From Candidatus Nanoarchaeia archaeon (GTDB taxonomy: Archaea > Nanobdellota > Nanobdellia > SCGC-AAA011-G17 > DATDVL01), in the NCBI GenBank assembly GCA_035290025.1, contig DATDVL010000017.1:1-51310 (forward strand): DNA of 51,310 nucleotides, read 5' to 3'. Made by a program: the position numbers and the translations under genes. The notes below the pieces were generated by a model that was not told the DNA's origin, did not search any database, and saw only the letters and a program-made list of their open reading frames with translations. Shown one piece after another: positions 49,581-51,310 of the stretch (position 1 is the first letter of the stretch; each line of letters starts with the position of its first letter).

Positions 49581-50096
49581 TTAAAGTACGCGTGCTTTGA
49601 TAATTTTTATTTCTTTGACAGGTCTATCACTGCTGTCTGTTGGTGTTCTTGCTATGGCATCGACGATGTCCATGCCGCTGGTTACGGTTCCAAAGACAGG
49701 GTGTTTGCTGTCTAAGAAGTTGTTGTTGACTAAGTTGATGAAGAATTGGCTTCCTCCGGTGTTGGGTCCTGCGTTTGCCATGGCTATGGTCCCTCTAGTG
49801 TTTTGGTTGTGGTTAGTAAACTCATCAAGTATGGTGTAACCGGGTCCTCCTCTTCCTGTTCCTGTGGGGTCTCCTCCTTGTATCATAAATCCATTGATGA
49901 CACGGTGGAATAGTATATTATCATAGTAGCCTTTGTTGACTAAGTCTACGAAGTTTTTCGTAGTGATGGGCATGTCTGCTGCTAGTGTTAGGGTTATGGT
50001 TCCTTCTGTTGTTTGTAGTTCTACTTGTGTCATGGTGGTGGTGCAGCTGCTGAGGAGTGTTATAAATATTCCTATGATAAGGTAGGGTTTGTTCAT
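49581..50096 (-). CDS. cyclophilin-type peptidyl-prolyl cis-trans isomerase with lipoprotein signal
   Basis: FHRVINGFMIQGGDPTGTGRGGPGY is present. The N-terminal signal has a lipobox: IFITLLSSC. Confidence 0.85.
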   Translation of the reverse strand: MNKPYLIIGIFITLLSSCTTTMTQVELQTTEGTITLTLAADMPITTKNFVDLVNKGYYDNILFHRVINGFMIQGGDPTGTGRGGPGYTILDEFTNHNQNTRGTIAMANAGPNTGGSQFFINLVNNNFLDSKHPVFGTVTSGMDIVDAIARTPTDSSDRPVKEIKIIKARVL

Positions 50097-50135
50097 GCAG
50101 TAAATTTATAAGAGGTTATTTATGAAGGTTATGGT

Positions 50136-50420
50136 ATGTTGCCGCCAAAAGTTCCTGGGTATAATCTGGAGTTGGAGAAGTTGGTGCAGTATATTAAGCG
50201 TGAGAAATGTAAGACTATATGTTTGCAGTGTGCTGATGGTTTGAAGCCGTACGCGTTGCCGTTGGTAGAATATTTGGAGTCGGAGACGGATGCTAAGGTT
50301 GTTATTTGGTTGGATACGAATTGGGGTTCGTGTGATTATCCTGCTTTTGTGAAGGGTATTGATTTGTTGGTGAATATTGGTCATACATCTCCTGTTGATT
50401 TGATGCCTAATCCCGAATAG
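50136..50420 (+). pseudogene. dph2: N-terminal ~94-codon fragment of diphthamide synthase Dph2
   Basis: LELEKLVQYIKREKCKTICLQCADGLKPYALPLVEYLESETDAKVVIWLDTNWGSCDYPAFVKGIDLLVNIGHTS aligns with the Dph2 N-terminus (..LIQSPEGL...YGACD...LIHLGHS). Full-length Dph2 is about 330-340 aa. No continuation in any frame. Confidence 0.55.
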
Positions 50421-50483
50421 TTTTCAGAAGTTAGTTAGATTCTTTGCAGTCTATGATTAAGGTGTGCACTGTAGTTGCTAAGA

Positions 50484-50885
50484 TTATGCTACTTCTTGTT
50501 GTGGCTTTTGAAGTGTTGCAAGAATGGTAGGTAAGTATTTTTTCTCATCATCACGAAGTATGTTCCATGGTTCGTTGGTTTGTGGTTGCATGCGTTCGTC
50601 AAGTTTTCTTTCTGCGGCAATGACCAGTCCTCCAAGTCTTGTTACGATAAGGTGTTCTAGTCCTTCTTCTTTGAGGAGGTTTCCTTGTGCCACTTTTCTT
50701 TGTTGTTGGTGTATACGTCGGTAGCAGATGTGTATTTCTTCTGTATCACCGACATAACCGTGGGTGAATGATGTGTTTACGACGCCGAAGGCTTCTGTTA
50801 CTTCAGGGGTGGAATCAAAAACAGAAAGATGTGTTTGTGCGTAATCACTAAGAGTGTTCAGTTGTTGTGTTAACACACGAATCAT
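50484..50885 (-). CDS. hypothetical protein (133 aa)
   Basis: ATG at 50885. No family recognised. Confidence 0.45.
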   Translation of the reverse strand: MIRVLTQQLNTLSDYAQTHLSVFDSTPEVTEAFGVVNTSFTHGYVGDTEEIHICYRRIHQQQRKVAQGNLLKEEGLEHLIVTRLGGLVIAAERKLDERMQPQTNEPWNILRDDEKKYLPTILATLQKPQQEVA

Positions 50886-51002
50886 GAATAAGATTTTATC
50901 ATGTTCTGTTTTTAATGCTTTCGATAGTTAGTTTTCGTCAATGAAGAGGGGTGAAAATGTTTATAGTAACAGTTTTATAGTTCTTAGATTAATAAAACAC
51001 TA

Positions 51003-51203
51003 ATGTCTAACTTCGATTTTGAAAAAAATGGTGATCGTCCGCCGTTGAAGGTTTTAGAGCATCTTTTGGAGACGGCAAGGACTATGGGCAGTTCTGATTT
51101 GCATTTAGCGGCAGGTACTGTTCCTAAGTTTCGTATGGGTGAGGAATTAGTTGATCATCCTTCTGTTATATTAGTTTACGACAAAAGAAACGCATATAAA
51201 TAA
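51003..51203 (+). pseudogene. N-terminal fragment (66 codons) of a PilT/PilB-like secretion ATPase
   Basis: LLETARTMGSSDLHLAAGTVPKFRMGEEL matches the PilT N-terminal block (..GASDLHLSAGLPPMIRVDG..). It stops long before any Walker A motif. Base composition changes at about 51170. Confidence 0.5.
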
Positions 51204-51221
51204 GTTCTACTTCTTATTTGT

Positions 51222-51310
51222 ATGATAACCATAAAAGAGCGTGGATTAATCATCCAATGGGATGAAAAAGGAAAAGCTCAGCAAGAAATTGCTGAATTGT
51301 TAAACTGCCA
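51222..51310 (+). CDS. 5' end of an HTH-containing ORF (possibly an IS-type transposase or resolvase); runs off the window
   Basis: MITIKERGLIIQWDEKGKAQQEIAELLNC resembles the N-terminal HTH of IS630-like transposases (R-x-R-I...G-x-S-x-x-EIA-x-x-L). The region is A-rich and unskewed. Only 29 codons are visible. Confidence 0.3.
   Translation, partial: MITIKERGLIIQWDEKGKAQQEIAELLNC

Noticed and set aside
1-51310. CRISPR arrays, tRNA genes, 16S/23S rRNA, and large direct or inverted repeats.
   Set aside because: All intergenic gaps are about 160 nt or less. None shows cloverleaf-compatible pairing or regularly spaced repeats. The only structured RNA I could support is the 5S rRNA.
1-51310. 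A replication origin or terminus within the window.
   Set aside because: The G+T excess keeps the same sign from end to end apart from short gene-sized islands. I saw no cluster of ORB-like repeats and no orc1/cdc6 gene.

Overview
This is a compact segment of an archaeal chromosome. I call about 78 CDS and one stand-alone 5S rRNA, with coding density above 90%. I found no tRNA, CRISPR array or long non-coding gap. All calls come from reading motifs in the ORF track and the sequence; no database search was possible.

The information-processing genes are clearly archaeal:
- split PheRS alpha and beta subunits
- TrpRS and GluRS
- aCPSF1/FttA
- proteasome beta subunit
- class-I CCA-adding enzyme
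- Pth2
- the L7Ae-S28e-L24e and L10e-L35Ae ribosomal protein clusters
- Sec11-type and presenilin-type peptidases
- TrmB, Lrp and AbrB-PhoU regulators

Mixed in are many small unknown membrane proteins and several bacterial-looking genes: LspA, an HPF/RaiA-like protein, Fis-type HTH domains and a PilT fragment. Together these suggest a small-genome, DPANN-like archaeon. That is inference only.

Strongest signals:
1. The + strand is about 63-75% G+T whether it is the sense or the antisense strand. Genes on the two strands therefore use opposite codon dialects and give visibly different amino-acid compositions. Most core genes lie on the A/C-coded strand.
2. A few short islands break this skew, at 13.5-14.1 kb, 39.1-40.2 kb, 44.1-45.1 kb and the last ~140 nt. 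They look recently inverted or acquired.
3. There are two candidate undescribed gene systems. One is an eight-gene minus-strand operon headed by TrmB (8875-13437), with four TM-helix-TM hairpin proteins and three unknown soluble proteins. The other is a plus-strand pair (33489-36941) encoding a 489-aa unknown protein and an AP_endonuc_2/xylose-isomerase-type TIM barrel split by a coiled-coil insertion of about 285 aa.
4. There are signs of gene decay or rearrangement: an in-frame TGA, a dph2 N-terminal fragment, and a pilT N-terminal fragment abutting a compositionally foreign HTH ORF.

Most genes have a TATA-like box about 25 nt upstream of the ATG, which implies leaderless transcripts. Several ORF-track starts are therefore over-extended and have been trimmed.
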